The notes: generated from the sequence alone by a model not told the origin. 63,852 nt of DNA from Calditrichota bacterium (GCA_963723365.1 CAVRRG010000055.1:1-63852), one strand, 5' to 3'; shown: positions 1 to 9,792, numbered from the stretch's first letter. Translations and numbers: made by a program.

Positions 1-1
1 G

Positions 2-172
2 GGAATTATCATCAGTGAAAGGCCGCTGCACTATTTTTCGGCTACTCATATGCCGCCAAAAGGTTTTCCCACCACCCAGTTCGATATGGTGATCGCAGAG
101 GACGTAGGGTTGTACAAATTTGATATACTAGGGCAACGGGGTCTGGCCAAGATCAAGGAAGCCATTCAGATC
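2..172 (+). pseudogene. dnaE: Internal fragment of DNA polymerase III alpha subunit (DnaE/DnaE2-type), cut by the window start and by a junction at ~170
   Basis: Frame from nt 2 reads GIIISERPLHYFSATHMPPKGFPTTQFDMVIAEDVGLYKFDILGQRGLAKIKEAIQI, containing the DnaE-type TQFDM...KFDILG.R.L segment. It then runs into the opposite-strand gene. Confidence 0.75.
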
Positions 173-1179
173 CTCGCCCCATATAGAAAACGAGCCCATG
201 GCTTCCCAATACAGCGGAATTTTTTCTCGATGAAAGGGATCAATTCGTAGGTAATGGCGTCGCCGTAGGGTCCCAGGTTTTCAGAGTTCACCGCATAGGA
301 GTCATCGTAATAGGGATTGGCATGCTGAATCTTAATGATTACCATCCGCGGGAAGTCCGGACCCGTCCATTCTTTGTAAAACTCGTAGGCGTGCTCCTGA
401 ACAATACGGTTGTAGCCATGAACGTTAAATCTCTCGCTGTAATCAGGTTCGAGGTCCACATCGGGTGGTATCGTACGGAAGCCGCTAAAAGTATGCGGGA
501 AATGACCATGATTAATGATGAGCGGGTATTTAACCTCTTTATGCGTTTCAAATCCTTCCGGCAGTAATACTACTGCACCCAGGTACATCGGCCTACCCCA
601 AAATTCAGTGAGCAGCTCGCTTTTCATCCTAACGTGCTTGATATATTTTGTGTCTTTTGGAGATTCAATGGGCGGTATTTCCTGATCCAGTCTTATCTCG
701 ATTAAGCTGCTACTGCTATTGATCTTAACTTTTTGGGGTGTGCTGAGCAGGTTTCCGGGCGCCAGATTCCAATGTTGACCTTCCCCTCTATCCATCGGTA
801 ATTTGACTACATGGCCGTCAGAACGATTAAAGGTTTCGTAGATATGCAGAAGCCCCTGAACCCAGTATTCTCCCGGCTTTAGGTCTGCCAGGCTGTTAAG
901 GGGATAACCGAAAACGGCAGCGTCAAACAAAACTTTTTCCCCCGGCAGCAGACCATTAACATCTATGCCAAAAGCGAGCTGCGTTTCAGGGCCATCGACA
1001 ACCTGGAAACGAGGTTCTTTTTCATCATTGGTTGAAATAAGCAGCAGCATCCTGCCGTCCAGGGCTTTTGTAGATTGTTCTTTGGAGAAGGAGATGGCAA
1101 AGTTGAGATCGGTTTGGCCGGCCAAGCCGGATATGGCGCTAAAAAAGAATATGTATAACAGAGACGTTAGTGTTTTCAT
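166..1179 (-). CDS. Secreted putative esterase-family protein, 3'-truncated
   Basis: GGAGG RBS before ATG 1179 and a signal peptide. ANPYYDDSYAVNSENLGPYGDAITYELIP is typical of putative esterase-family proteins. The ORF stops at ARFLYG, just where a G-G-S-T-G-G nucleophile motif is expected. Confidence 0.7.
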   Translation of the reverse strand: MKTLTSLLYIFFFSAISGLAGQTDLNFAISFSKEQSTKALDGRMLLLISTNDEKEPRFQVVDGPETQLAFGIDVNGLLPGEKVLFDAAVFGYPLNSLADLKPGEYWVQGLLHIYETFNRSDGHVVKLPMDRGEGQHWNLAPGNLLSTPQKVKINSSSSLIEIRLDQEIPPIESPKDTKYIKHVRMKSELLTEFWGRPMYLGAVVLLPEGFETHKEVKYPLIINHGHFPHTFSGFRTIPPDVDLEPDYSERFNVHGYNRIVQEHAYEFYKEWTGPDFPRMVIIKIQHANPYYDDSYAVNSENLGPYGDAITYELIPFIEKKFRCIGKPWARFLYGARI

Positions 1180-1575
1180 CGTTTTATTCCTCCAATATTT
1201 TATTTGGATCAGAAGTCTGCAAATTTTTGCGGGTACTCCCATGATATTTAGTCACTAGATATTGCTTTATAATAGCCATTTAACAACCTAATTGCGGACA
1301 GGGCCTTTGATATTTATAAGACATACCCTGGAATCTGTAAAGATTTGGAAATATGATGAATAAAGCATAAGGATTATAGGGTTCAGCTTCAAGGAATTTA
1401 TTGTAGTTTACACGAAAATTGCCAGCTCAACCGACCAGGTGGAATTAAGAATCATACACTGAATTTTGCGTTTTGCTAAGAGGGAGTGCTGATTTAATGT
1501 GAAAAATTGTTTTGATAAATAGGGATATATAGCAGGCGGCGCTTAGCTGTATATTAACGAAAATATATACACATG

Positions 1576-2025
1576 CTAAGACTTTTTAAAGGGCTTTCCT
1601 TTCCCCGTTTCCAGATAATTTTTTAGACTGGCGAGAAAGTAATTCCAGCCATTACTACAGATGTTATAGCACTCAAGATTTGCTGTTAAACCTTCATGTA
1701 ATAATAAAACTCTGCTTTCAATACCGTTTTCTTCAATTTTCCACCTAATGGTAGTTTTTTCCCATTCATCTTTTTTTGATAGACTTTCAAGATTGTGACG
1801 GGCACTTGTAACATGCCATGCAATGGAATGATTTACTGAAAATTCAATAACGTCCATTACCCATGATGTTGAATCCTCAAATTGTACGACCAATTGATCT
1901 CCAATTTGATTAATGTTGTTGGATAATTCAGTCCACCATTTATCAATTTCTTTTGTAATAGCATTAAAAACTAATTCAGGATTAGTATTAATCTGTATTT
2001 GATTAGAATAATTCTGATTGACCAT
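1576..2025 (-). CDS. SRPBCC/AHSA1 (START-like) domain protein
   Basis: 149 aa, PELVFNAIT...WW and C-terminal LLHEGL...CYNICSNGWNYFLASLKNYLETGKG pattern. Confidence 0.85.
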   Translation of the reverse strand: MVNQNYSNQIQINTNPELVFNAITKEIDKWWTELSNNINQIGDQLVVQFEDSTSWVMDVIEFSVNHSIAWHVTSARHNLESLSKKDEWEKTTIRWKIEENGIESRVLLLHEGLTANLECYNICSNGWNYFLASLKNYLETGKGKPFKKS

Positions 2026-2107
2026 TATGAACTTTATATAGTATATATTTTAGTCACTGTCCGGCAGGAATTCCGAGTAGAACATTTTGTTATGTGGTTT
2101 TCATAGA

Positions 2108-2575
2108 CTATTCTTTAATATTTTCATTTTTAAAAAAAGAAAATTTCCCAGCTTTAATTGGGGCCGCTGAAAATTCTTCCCCGGCAATCGGATTATCATT
2201 CAATCTGCTTAACATTGAGATCTGTCCAATATGAGTCAGAATATCTGAAAATGGACCTTGTAATAATCTTTTTGAATATTCAATCCCAAGCTCCTTTTCA
2301 GCAAGTACATTATCTATACGATGCAATTCCAAATTAAATCTTTCTATCTCCAATCTTAACAAAAGTATTTTTGGTTTTTCTCTTGCTGTTTTTTCTGTCA
2401 AAATGAAAATTCTTGCAGCATTCAAAACATGGAACATATGAGAAATAATTTCATTTGGACTTCTTGTCTCTTTGCCTACTTTGAATTCACCAAAATCCTC
2501 ATCAGCTGATTTTACAGATTTATGAAATCGATAAGCAATTGTTGATAATGTATGTCTTAGATATTCATTTTTCAT
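2108..2575 (-). CDS. DinB-like hypothetical protein
   Basis: Helical protein with His motifs RSPNEIISHM and DILTHIGQISML. Start chosen at MKNEYLRH (alternative 2596). Confidence 0.65.
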   Translation of the reverse strand: MKNEYLRHTLSTIAYRFHKSVKSADEDFGEFKVGKETRSPNEIISHMFHVLNAARIFILTEKTAREKPKILLLRLEIERFNLELHRIDNVLAEKELGIEYSKRLLQGPFSDILTHIGQISMLSRLNDNPIAGEEFSAAPIKAGKFSFFKNENIKE

Positions 2576-2592
2576 TTGAGCTTTTTCAAATT

Positions 2593-2829
2593 TCAACTCT
2601 CTGGCAATTCATTAAACTCTTTACGCTTGGATTCAAACCACTTGTTCATTTCATCGGGATTTTCCATCAGCCCTTGCATTTTCATCATGGCTTGCAAATG
2701 CGCTGCATCTTGTTTTTGATACATTTCCATGCCGTGTTGTTTACTCAATTCTGCCATTTCTTCAAATGTATCTGCATGGAACTGCTTATCGCATGCTCCA
2801 CCTAATTGTTTGCAATTCATTGTTTTCAT
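2593..2829 (-). CDS. DUF1059 family small metal-binding protein
   Basis: MKTMNCKQLGGACD...H pattern, AAGGAG RBS. Confidence 0.85.
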   Translation of the reverse strand: MKTMNCKQLGGACDKQFHADTFEEMAELSKQHGMEMYQKQDAAHLQAMMKMQGLMENPDEMNKWFESKRKEFNELPES

Positions 2830-2925
2830 CTATATCTCCTTATATATCCAAATTGGACAATTTATGATCCCGCCTCGAATGCTGAAAGGACTTGTTATAT
2901 GTTAACTCTATTAGCAGTTCTCAAA

Positions 2926-3288
2926 TTACTGTGTTTCAGTTGACTGTTTAGTTACTTTATTAAGAGACTGCTTTACAATAAATCCTGACAATAGTATAAA
3001 TATTAATGTAACAATGGTAACCGGAATGTTATCATCCATTGCGAGTACGACCGCAGATATTAAAAAAGTGATTGCCACCAGACTTGCCCCAGCAATCCTG
3101 GTTTTTGGTAATAGCAATAAAATCCCGGCAATTAGCTGCACAACACCATACACAATTAAAATTGGATCGGTAAAACCATATTTACCAAAAAAATCTACAT
3201 CCTGCTGCAAGAGCATAATTTTTGTAATTCCAGCGGAGATAGCCAGAAATATCAGAACAGCCAAGATCACATTAAAAAGTATTTTCAT
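2926..3288 (-). CDS. DoxX-like membrane protein
   Basis: Four hydrophobic helices with SAGITK and GVVQLIAGILLLLPKTRIAG motifs. Confidence 0.75.
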   Translation of the reverse strand: MKILFNVILAVLIFLAISAGITKIMLLQQDVDFFGKYGFTDPILIVYGVVQLIAGILLLLPKTRIAGASLVAITFLISAVVLAMDDNIPVTIVTLIFILLSGFIVKQSLNKVTKQSTETQ

Positions 3289-3392
3289 ATTATCTCTATT
3301 TTACTGACCTGTAAAAATTTTGCGGCCGACACAAATATCTTTCAAGTTTATTTAAAACCGCCATACGTTTACTGGTTGCAATACTAATAGTA

Positions 3393-3759
3393 TTACTTAT
3401 TGGAATGTAATCCAATTCGATTGCCTTCTGTATCAATTATTTGAGCAAAGAAACCAAATTCTCCTATATCTGTTTTGGGAAGTACAATTTTTCCACCTTC
3501 CTTTTCGACGAGTCCTAATTCTTTAGACACATCTTCACAAGAAAAGTAAATAAGAGTGCCATCACTGCTTGGTTTGCTATGTACTAGACTGTACTAATGA
3601 ACCCGCTGAACCTATTTTGTCAGGTTCTCCAAACATATACATACTGCTGCCAGGCATTTCAACAAATTGAAATTCGAAATTAAAAACGTTGGAATAAAAT
3701 GTTTTTGCTCTTTCAAGATCTGTTGCGGCGACCTCAAACCATTGGACCGGATTGTTCAT
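3393..3759 (-). pseudogene. VOC/glyoxalase family protein with a frameshift near 3580
   Basis: MNNPVQWFEVAATDLERAKTFY... (AAGGAG RBS) stops at 3577. A shifted frame continues SKPSSDGTLIYFSCEDV...PKTDIGEFGFFAQIIDTEGNRIGLHSNK* to 3393. Confidence 0.85.
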
Positions 3760-3816
3760 TGTTTTTTCTCCTTTTTTGATTGTGCACACCTGGCGATTTC
3801 CAAGTGCGCCTGCTTG

Positions 3817-4236
3817 TTAGATGGCTGAGGTCTTAAGTGTTCTGGCATATTCGCGGGCAATAATTTCGCGCAGCACCTCAAGATCAACATCGTCAAGCTT
3901 ATTGATATAGAGACAGGCCACTGATTTTTTGTGCTTACCTAAACGTGCGAAAAACGCTTCTGCGCCATCGAATTTGTCGCCGATATAAAAAGTCATGTTG
4001 GCCTTGCCCGGCGAAAAGCCGGCTGCCGGTACATTGCCCTCGCGCCCACTATCGTATTTGAAGTGATGTGTTCCAAAACCGATGATTGAGGTTCCCCACA
4101 TAACGGCTGGAAGAGCGGTCACTTCCTTGAATATTTTCAGGGAAGTCAGCGTATCAGCCTGGCGGCGGGCGTTCTCAATCCCTGCTATAAAGTCATCCAC
4201 GGATAGCGATGTCGGTTTGGTTTTGTTCTCAGCCAT
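3817..4236 (-). CDS. DUF1801 domain protein
   Basis: MAENKTKPT...MWGTSIIGFG.HHFKYDSGREG...LGKHKKSVACLYINKL pattern, AAGGAG RBS. Confidence 0.85.
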   Translation of the reverse strand: MAENKTKPTSLSVDDFIAGIENARRQADTLTSLKIFKEVTALPAVMWGTSIIGFGTHHFKYDSGREGNVPAAGFSPGKANMTFYIGDKFDGAEAFFARLGKHKKSVACLYINKLDDVDLEVLREIIAREYARTLKTSAI

Positions 4237-4357
4237 TTTTGTCTCCTTACCCAGTATCTTTGAATAGTTAGCCTCCCCGCCATGGCAGAGAAGGCTATAC
4301 GTATTTTATTAGTACGCATCTCCTGTTTGAATTATTCCTGTTAACCACCCGGCCTTG

Positions 4358-4607
4358 TGCAGAGCTTCAAAATAATGGTAACAGTTAATTAGATATCCTT
4401 CACTCCCCGCCAAAGGCCGGCAGGCTGTTCAGGATGACATCCCGAATGTTTGTCATTCTGAGTGAAGCACAGCGTAACAAAGTTGCCACAGCGAATTCGC
4501 CGGGGAGAACCGAGGCGAGAATCTAATAGAATGTTTTAATAGAAAAGAGAATGCTAATAATAAAATTTGTCACAGCCAATTTGTTACCGAAATTGTGAAG
4601 ACTTACA
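4358..4607. mobile_element. MITE copy A (non-autonomous, TG...CA ends) carrying a REP-like doublet and two nested insertions
   Basis: Imperfect 26-bp TIRs (TGCAGAGCTTCAAAATAATGGTAACA / TGTTACCGAAATTGTGAAGACTTACA), flanks CTTG/CTTA, colinear with 14689-14882. Confidence 0.7.
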
Positions 4608-4658
4608 CTTAGCGGGAGCGGCACTATGGAAAGTGGCATGTAACGTGAAAAATGTATT

Positions 4659-5951
4659 TTATACGGGAAGAACGCGGAATTTAAAAAAGCTCCAAAAAAA
4701 TATTATAAAGCCAAAGATAAAGGCATAGAGATCCCTGTAACGGAAATAAAATTTATTGGCAATGGTCAGTCTTTTTTCTGGAATGCCCATCTCTGCAGGT
4801 TTTACACGCAGAATCCAGCCCCATTTTTTATCTTGCACTAATACTTTGTTCCATAAAAGATCATCATGCTTTGCTACGCCGGATAACAATAACAGGCTAC
4901 CTTTACCAATGGGACTTTTAGTGGTATCGGTAAGAGACGGCGCACCATAAATGAAGCTGTTTTCCTCTAAAACTTCTACAAACAGATGATCCGATTGCTG
5001 TATTATTTCTTTCCATTTCCACTCGATATTAACAGGCAGGATATTAGCTAAAAAATAAAAAACAACAAAGGCCATGCTGAAGCCAAAACTGCCTTGTAAT
5101 AGTGGCAGTATAAAATGAGGGATGGTTTTTAGCTTCAGTAACAGGATAATAATGGTAAGTATACTCAGAGCGCAAATTGTACTAATCAGGGGATGCTCGT
5201 AAATTAAATTTTTGGGATTTAAAAATAACAAAGCCACAGATTCTGTGTCAGCAAACAGGTATCTTATATATTTTAAATAAAGAAAGTAAAGAAAGCCGAT
5301 TGAGCTAAGAAAATAGATAAGTAACTGAACTTTTTGGCGCGCTATAACAGGCAGGTATGAAGTGAGCTTTAAATTATCTGTAAGGTTTTGATGTTCCTGC
5401 CAGTTGCACTGATAGAGGACTAAAGAGGTCTCTTTACCTTTTAGTTTAAATCTGCCCTTTTTAATAAGTGTGAAGTCATGCTCATCTAGTTTGCCGAATG
5501 TATTTCCGGATATCAGGATTTCTCCTCCTGCAGCTTCTCTTTCTACCCTGGCGGCAACATTTACCACATCCCCAAATATATCACCTTTTTCCACGATGGC
5601 GTCACCCGAATGAATGCCAATGCGCACTTTGAGTTTAAATAATTCATCATCAGCCCGTTCCTTTTCTAAAATTTGCTGTATAGCAATGGCTGCATTAACG
5701 GCATTTTGCGCTTTTTGGAAAGAGGCCATTATGGCATCACCTATCGTTTTAATTATTTTTCCCCGAAAACTTTTGATAATGGGGAACAGCAAGCGGTTAT
5801 GACGATCCACCATCAGCCGTCCTTCTACATCACCAAACGTATCCCAATATTCCGTGGATTGTTCAATATCTGTAAAAAGAATGATTACCTCTTTTTGTAA
5901 TTTAGTGATATGTTTTGAGGTACTATTGGCGACAACCTGTGCGCGTTTCAA
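4659..5951 (-). CDS. Class III adenylate/guanylate cyclase with C-terminal membrane region and SH3-like loop
   Basis: ILFTDIEQST, KTIGDAIM, RIGIHSG and GDIFGDVVNVAARVE motifs, followed by several TM helices. Confidence 0.85.
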   Translation of the reverse strand: MKRAQVVANSTSKHITKLQKEVIILFTDIEQSTEYWDTFGDVEGRLMVDRHNRLLFPIIKSFRGKIIKTIGDAIMASFQKAQNAVNAAIAIQQILEKERADDELFKLKVRIGIHSGDAIVEKGDIFGDVVNVAARVEREAAGGEILISGNTFGKLDEHDFTLIKKGRFKLKGKETSLVLYQCNWQEHQNLTDNLKLTSYLPVIARQKVQLLIYFLSSIGFLYFLYLKYIRYLFADTESVALLFLNPKNLIYEHPLISTICALSILTIIILLLKLKTIPHFILPLLQGSFGFSMAFVVFYFLANILPVNIEWKWKEIIQQSDHLFVEVLEENSFIYGAPSLTDTTKSPIGKGSLLLLSGVAKHDDLLWNKVLVQDKKWGWILRVKPAEMGIPEKRLTIANKFYFRYRDLYAFIFGFIIFFWSFFKFRVLPV

Positions 5952-6059
5952 TGTAAAATCCCTTTTATCTATTCACTAACCCTATGTATCGGTATTTTTA
6001 CAAGAAATTCAAGTAATCAAACAATCTTGCCTATAACGGGTTTGATTAATCAATGTATG

Positions 6060-7004
6060 TTATTCTGCTTCCCATTTTAAGATGCGCAGGGCGCGCAGGG
6101 TGTTCCAGAGGCTGGGCTGCCCCACTTTTTCCATCTCAAAAAAGACTTTAGCCGGATATTTATGCTCCAGTTTCCAGAAACCATCTGCTGTTTGTTTATT
6201 TTTCAGAAGATGCAGGGCGTCCTGCATGCGATCATCCTTTTTGATATTCTTTTCCTGGAAATAATCCAGGCAGTGTATGATATCGAAACGCCAGCGTGGT
6301 GGAAAAGAGAGTTTGGTCATATTGGGATTAACAGATTGCCAGGTTGTGTTTGATTTGTACAAATGATGTTCAAGCAGAAACTCTATGCCTTCTTTTTGTT
6401 TTTGCTGAATGGCTTTTATTATAGCACTATCCGGAAATCTTTTCTCATATGCCCAAAACCCTTCCAGTACAGATAGGGTTGTGTGAAACGAACTGTGTAT
6501 TGCTCCTTCATGTCGATTGCAGTTCCACCCTTTATCAGGCATTTGTTCTGCTATTAAAAACTTAAGCATTCGATCTATCCGCTCATCTTCTATTTGAAAA
6601 TGACAGAGCATGGATAGCAGCATTGCAGTAACACAGCACTCACCATACTGCCAGCTTTTCCAGTAATTTATACCGCCATCTTGTTCATAGAATCCTTTAT
6701 CGAGAAGCAGGCGGCAGGCCTTTTCTGTGTTTCTCGTGTTTGGCGCGCCAAAGCGTTTTAAGAGCAGCAGGGTATAAAAGGTGGATGTCCATTTGGGCGA
6801 ATAGAGTTTATTTGACCAGCTGCCGTTTTCCTGCTGCAGATCCATGAAGCGCTTACCCCAACCCTCTTTCAGAATTTTCTGTTTCTCTTTCTCAATATCT
6901 TTACCCGGCGCTTTAACCAAATCCCTGAGTGTGTGATAGCGAATAGCAGGATCACCTTGCAGCAGCCAGGCTATTTGTTTTGTATATTTTTGCATAAAAT
7001 CCAT
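6060..7004 (-). CDS. Prenyltransferase/squalene-cyclase-repeat-like (alpha/alpha toroid) hypothetical protein
   Basis: WLLQGDPAIRY, QQENGSW...LYSPKWTST, QMPDKGWNC, SSFHTT, FPPRWRFD, GQPSLWNTLRALRIL. Confidence 0.7.
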   Translation of the reverse strand: MDFMQKYTKQIAWLLQGDPAIRYHTLRDLVKAPGKDIEKEKQKILKEGWGKRFMDLQQENGSWSNKLYSPKWTSTFYTLLLLKRFGAPNTRNTEKACRLLLDKGFYEQDGGINYWKSWQYGECCVTAMLLSMLCHFQIEDERIDRMLKFLIAEQMPDKGWNCNRHEGAIHSSFHTTLSVLEGFWAYEKRFPDSAIIKAIQQKQKEGIEFLLEHHLYKSNTTWQSVNPNMTKLSFPPRWRFDIIHCLDYFQEKNIKKDDRMQDALHLLKNKQTADGFWKLEHKYPAKVFFEMEKVGQPSLWNTLRALRILKWEAE

Positions 7005-7030
7005 TCTCTCTTATTTAGGATGCCTGATAT

Positions 7031-7453
7031 CGTCATCCTGAGCTCGTCTCAGGTTCTCTTGCCTTTTTAGGATGCTGAAATAAATTCAGCATGACGTTGG
7101 GTTGGTGCTCGTGACGTTTGGCCTGGTCTGAGCTTTATATAGCTGTTGTGCATACGTAATAATAAGGGGATGTGGAAACAAGTTCAACATGACGGAAAAG
7201 AAACACGTCATCCTGGGCTTGTCTTTAGGATCTCTCGCCTATTTAGGATGCTGAAATGAATTCAGCATGACGTTGGGGCTTGGTATTCGTCATCCTGAGC
7301 TTTATATAGCTGTTGTGCATACGTAATATTAAGGGGATGTTGAAACAAGTCAGTCGTAAGACAGATCCCCGCCGGCGGTCTGGCAAGCTGCTTACCAGCG
7401 TGATTCAACATGACGGAAAAGAAACTTGTCATCCTGAGCTTGTCTCAGGATCT
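7031..7453. repeat. Composite tandem array of REP-like palindromes (GTCATCCTGAGCTTGTCTCAGGATCT / GGATGCTGAAATAAATTCAGCATGACG family)
   Basis: A ~175-bp unit made of alternating palindromes occurs just over twice here, and the same unit recurs at 9952-10165. Confidence 0.85.
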
Positions 7454-7498
7454 CGGAATATACTTCCTGATTTCAGAAGTTCTGTTTTTAATTATCTA

Positions 7499-9745
7499 TC
7501 ACATGGTAAAAGCATAACCCAGTTTTGCAAACAGTGTTCTATTTGTCTGTGTAAAATTGACAGCCTGGTCGCCATAATAGTTGTCCGAATATCCCAGGAA
7601 GAACACCGTGTGTGGATTTATTTTATACGAAAATAAAAACTGGCTGAATAAAGATTGTGTTTCTGGATCAACATCATCATCATTATACAGGCTAGTATTT
7701 CTGTCATAATCCACAGATTGAAGTATGGCCCTTAAAAACATTCTTTTTGTGAACTGATAAGTAAATTTCATACTGCTTAAATGAGCCGTATACAATCTGC
7801 CGGCATCAACATCCAATCTTTCCCAGGTATGGTTTAGCTCCAGGCGTATATGCAAACCCAGTAATAACTCTATCATGGGGCTCAGCTGATATCGTGTTCC
7901 CAGGCGGGTGTTGGCATAATCAATCCGGTCTCCAAAAGTCCAGCCCAGGTGCGCAAAAACCATGGAAGAAGGTCTTATACCGGCGCAACCAGCCAGCCAG
8001 AATACATTTTTAAATGTTTTTCCATCGTACCTGTCCGAACCGAACTCACTATAAATACTGGCATGCGATTGCATAGGGCCTTCGTAATTTACATTAGCAG
8101 ATATAACGCGATGCAGGAGATTGTCCTGGATATCACGTTTGTAGTCATAACTGGCTGAGATACTAAACCAGTTATACCAGTGTCCGGGTTTTTCTCTCCA
8201 GCGGTACTGCCCGCCAATTTCACTATAGCTGTAACCCACCTGGGAGATAAACCCTAAATCTGCTCTAAAATCATTATCGACTTGCTTGTGTGTTCCATAT
8301 AGATAGTAGTCTTTTGAGGAATGTGAATAATGGGTGTGATATGCATTCCCGGTAAACTCATCTTGCGATTGATCAAAATTCATGCTTATAGAATCAGGAT
8401 AGTGGGTGCGGGATTGCAGTACCTGAAATTGAAAACGATCTTTTTTTGTGAATTTAATATCACCATCCACACCGGCCATTCTGTTATGATAATTATCTCC
8501 TTCACGACCAGAAATAATAGCTCCTAAATTGGAAGATTCACTAACATCCACTTTATAACGTAAGGCACTGCCCTGGCTTTTTTTATTTAATGATTCGGAA
8601 TTCGAACCCTCTGTTGCAGGAATTAAAAAGTTTGTAAGGTTGTCCTGCACCGTATAAAGCCCTACAGAATGGATACCCTCTTTACCTGTAAGTTTTACAC
8701 CCCAGGTTGGATCGGCCATGGTACGTGTATGCGTTGTGTTGAAGGGAGTTGTAAAAAAGTCATTACTCTCCAGGAAAAAAGGCCGCTTTTCAGGATAATA
8801 GAGTGCAAACTGATTATTTATATCCAATTGAAAAATGTCCGCTTCAATATTGGAAAAATCAGGATTTAGCGTTCCACTCAGGGTCATGTTAGGAGTAAAG
8901 CCCCATTTTGCTGTCAATCCAAAATCATACTTTTCTTCAGTATTTTTAAAGGGCCCGGAAGTATCATCCCTACGGGCCTGCGATCTTATAACATTGAAGG
9001 TAGGATCAATTTCAATATTTTTCCCGGGTGAAGCACCGGCAAAACCGATAAGTTTTTCAGCCTGGCACATATAACAGTTGTTATTACGGTCACGTATCCA
9101 GGTACCAATATGGTGCCTTACACTCCTGGGATAACTGCGCACCACATCAAAACCCCAGGTCTGCTCTTCTATATTATCAGGAAAACTGAGAGCGCTGAAT
9201 GGTATGGCCATTTCTACAATATAACCTTCATCTGTTATTCTTCCGTCAGATTCCCAGATAGCATCCCAGCTGCCACCGCCGCCGGTGGGTGTTTCAATCA
9301 TATCTGATTGTATTCCAAAAGGATTACATACAAAATCATAAGAACGCCGCTGGTCATTAAAGGTATCGAACAGGATAAGTACCCAGTCATCATCCCAGGT
9401 ATTATCCCGATCACAAAAACGGGCTCTTATCTGATCAGGTTCAGGATCGTAGGCCTTAAAGGCAACATATATATGCGTATCATTATAAACCAACAGCGCT
9501 TCCGTTTTAACCGGGGCCTCAATATTTTCACCGGGACTAACCTCTATATTGGCATCAATTTTTACAGCTTTATCCCAGAATTCCTCATTTAAATAGGCAT
9601 CTACTTTCATAAGCGCATTTACCTTGGGTACAAGGTATGTCACCTGTTCTTTTGGCTGCAGAGAATCCGGAGTTTGAGAAAGTAAAGAGCCAAAGATAAG
9701 GAAAGTTATGCTGCTTATAATGCAGAAAACAAAACCTATACGCAT
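7499..9745 (-). CDS. CBM9-like / DUF5916 outer-membrane protein
   Basis: Signal peptide, N-terminal DOMON/CBM9-like region (DTFNDQRRSYDFVCNPFGIQSD), LNPDFSNIEAD and YYPEKRPFFLE motifs, C-terminal beta-strands. Confidence 0.85.
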   Translation of the reverse strand: MRIGFVFCIISSITFLIFGSLLSQTPDSLQPKEQVTYLVPKVNALMKVDAYLNEEFWDKAVKIDANIEVSPGENIEAPVKTEALLVYNDTHIYVAFKAYDPEPDQIRARFCDRDNTWDDDWVLILFDTFNDQRRSYDFVCNPFGIQSDMIETPTGGGGSWDAIWESDGRITDEGYIVEMAIPFSALSFPDNIEEQTWGFDVVRSYPRSVRHHIGTWIRDRNNNCYMCQAEKLIGFAGASPGKNIEIDPTFNVIRSQARRDDTSGPFKNTEEKYDFGLTAKWGFTPNMTLSGTLNPDFSNIEADIFQLDINNQFALYYPEKRPFFLESNDFFTTPFNTTHTRTMADPTWGVKLTGKEGIHSVGLYTVQDNLTNFLIPATEGSNSESLNKKSQGSALRYKVDVSESSNLGAIISGREGDNYHNRMAGVDGDIKFTKKDRFQFQVLQSRTHYPDSISMNFDQSQDEFTGNAYHTHYSHSSKDYYLYGTHKQVDNDFRADLGFISQVGYSYSEIGGQYRWREKPGHWYNWFSISASYDYKRDIQDNLLHRVISANVNYEGPMQSHASIYSEFGSDRYDGKTFKNVFWLAGCAGIRPSSMVFAHLGWTFGDRIDYANTRLGTRYQLSPMIELLLGLHIRLELNHTWERLDVDAGRLYTAHLSSMKFTYQFTKRMFLRAILQSVDYDRNTSLYNDDDVDPETQSLFSQFLFSYKINPHTVFFLGYSDNYYGDQAVNFTQTNRTLFAKLGYAFTM

Positions 9746-9792
9746 GAGCTAATCCTCATATTGTGAAAAAAAGTGCTTGAGATATAAGGTAA

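Noticed and set aside
50..250. 66-aa ORF as a complete gene
   Set aside because: It is an internal dnaE fragment reading through the junction into antisense sequence.
7031..7453. Possible CRISPR array
   Set aside because: The intervening sequences are themselves repeated, the units alternate in type, and no cas genes are present. It fits REP-like composites.
7313..7636. 107-aa + strand ORF, plus ORFs at 10122-10319 and 14773-14994
   Set aside because: These are translations of palindromic repeats, MITE sequence or antisense overlaps, with no RBS or recognisable domain.
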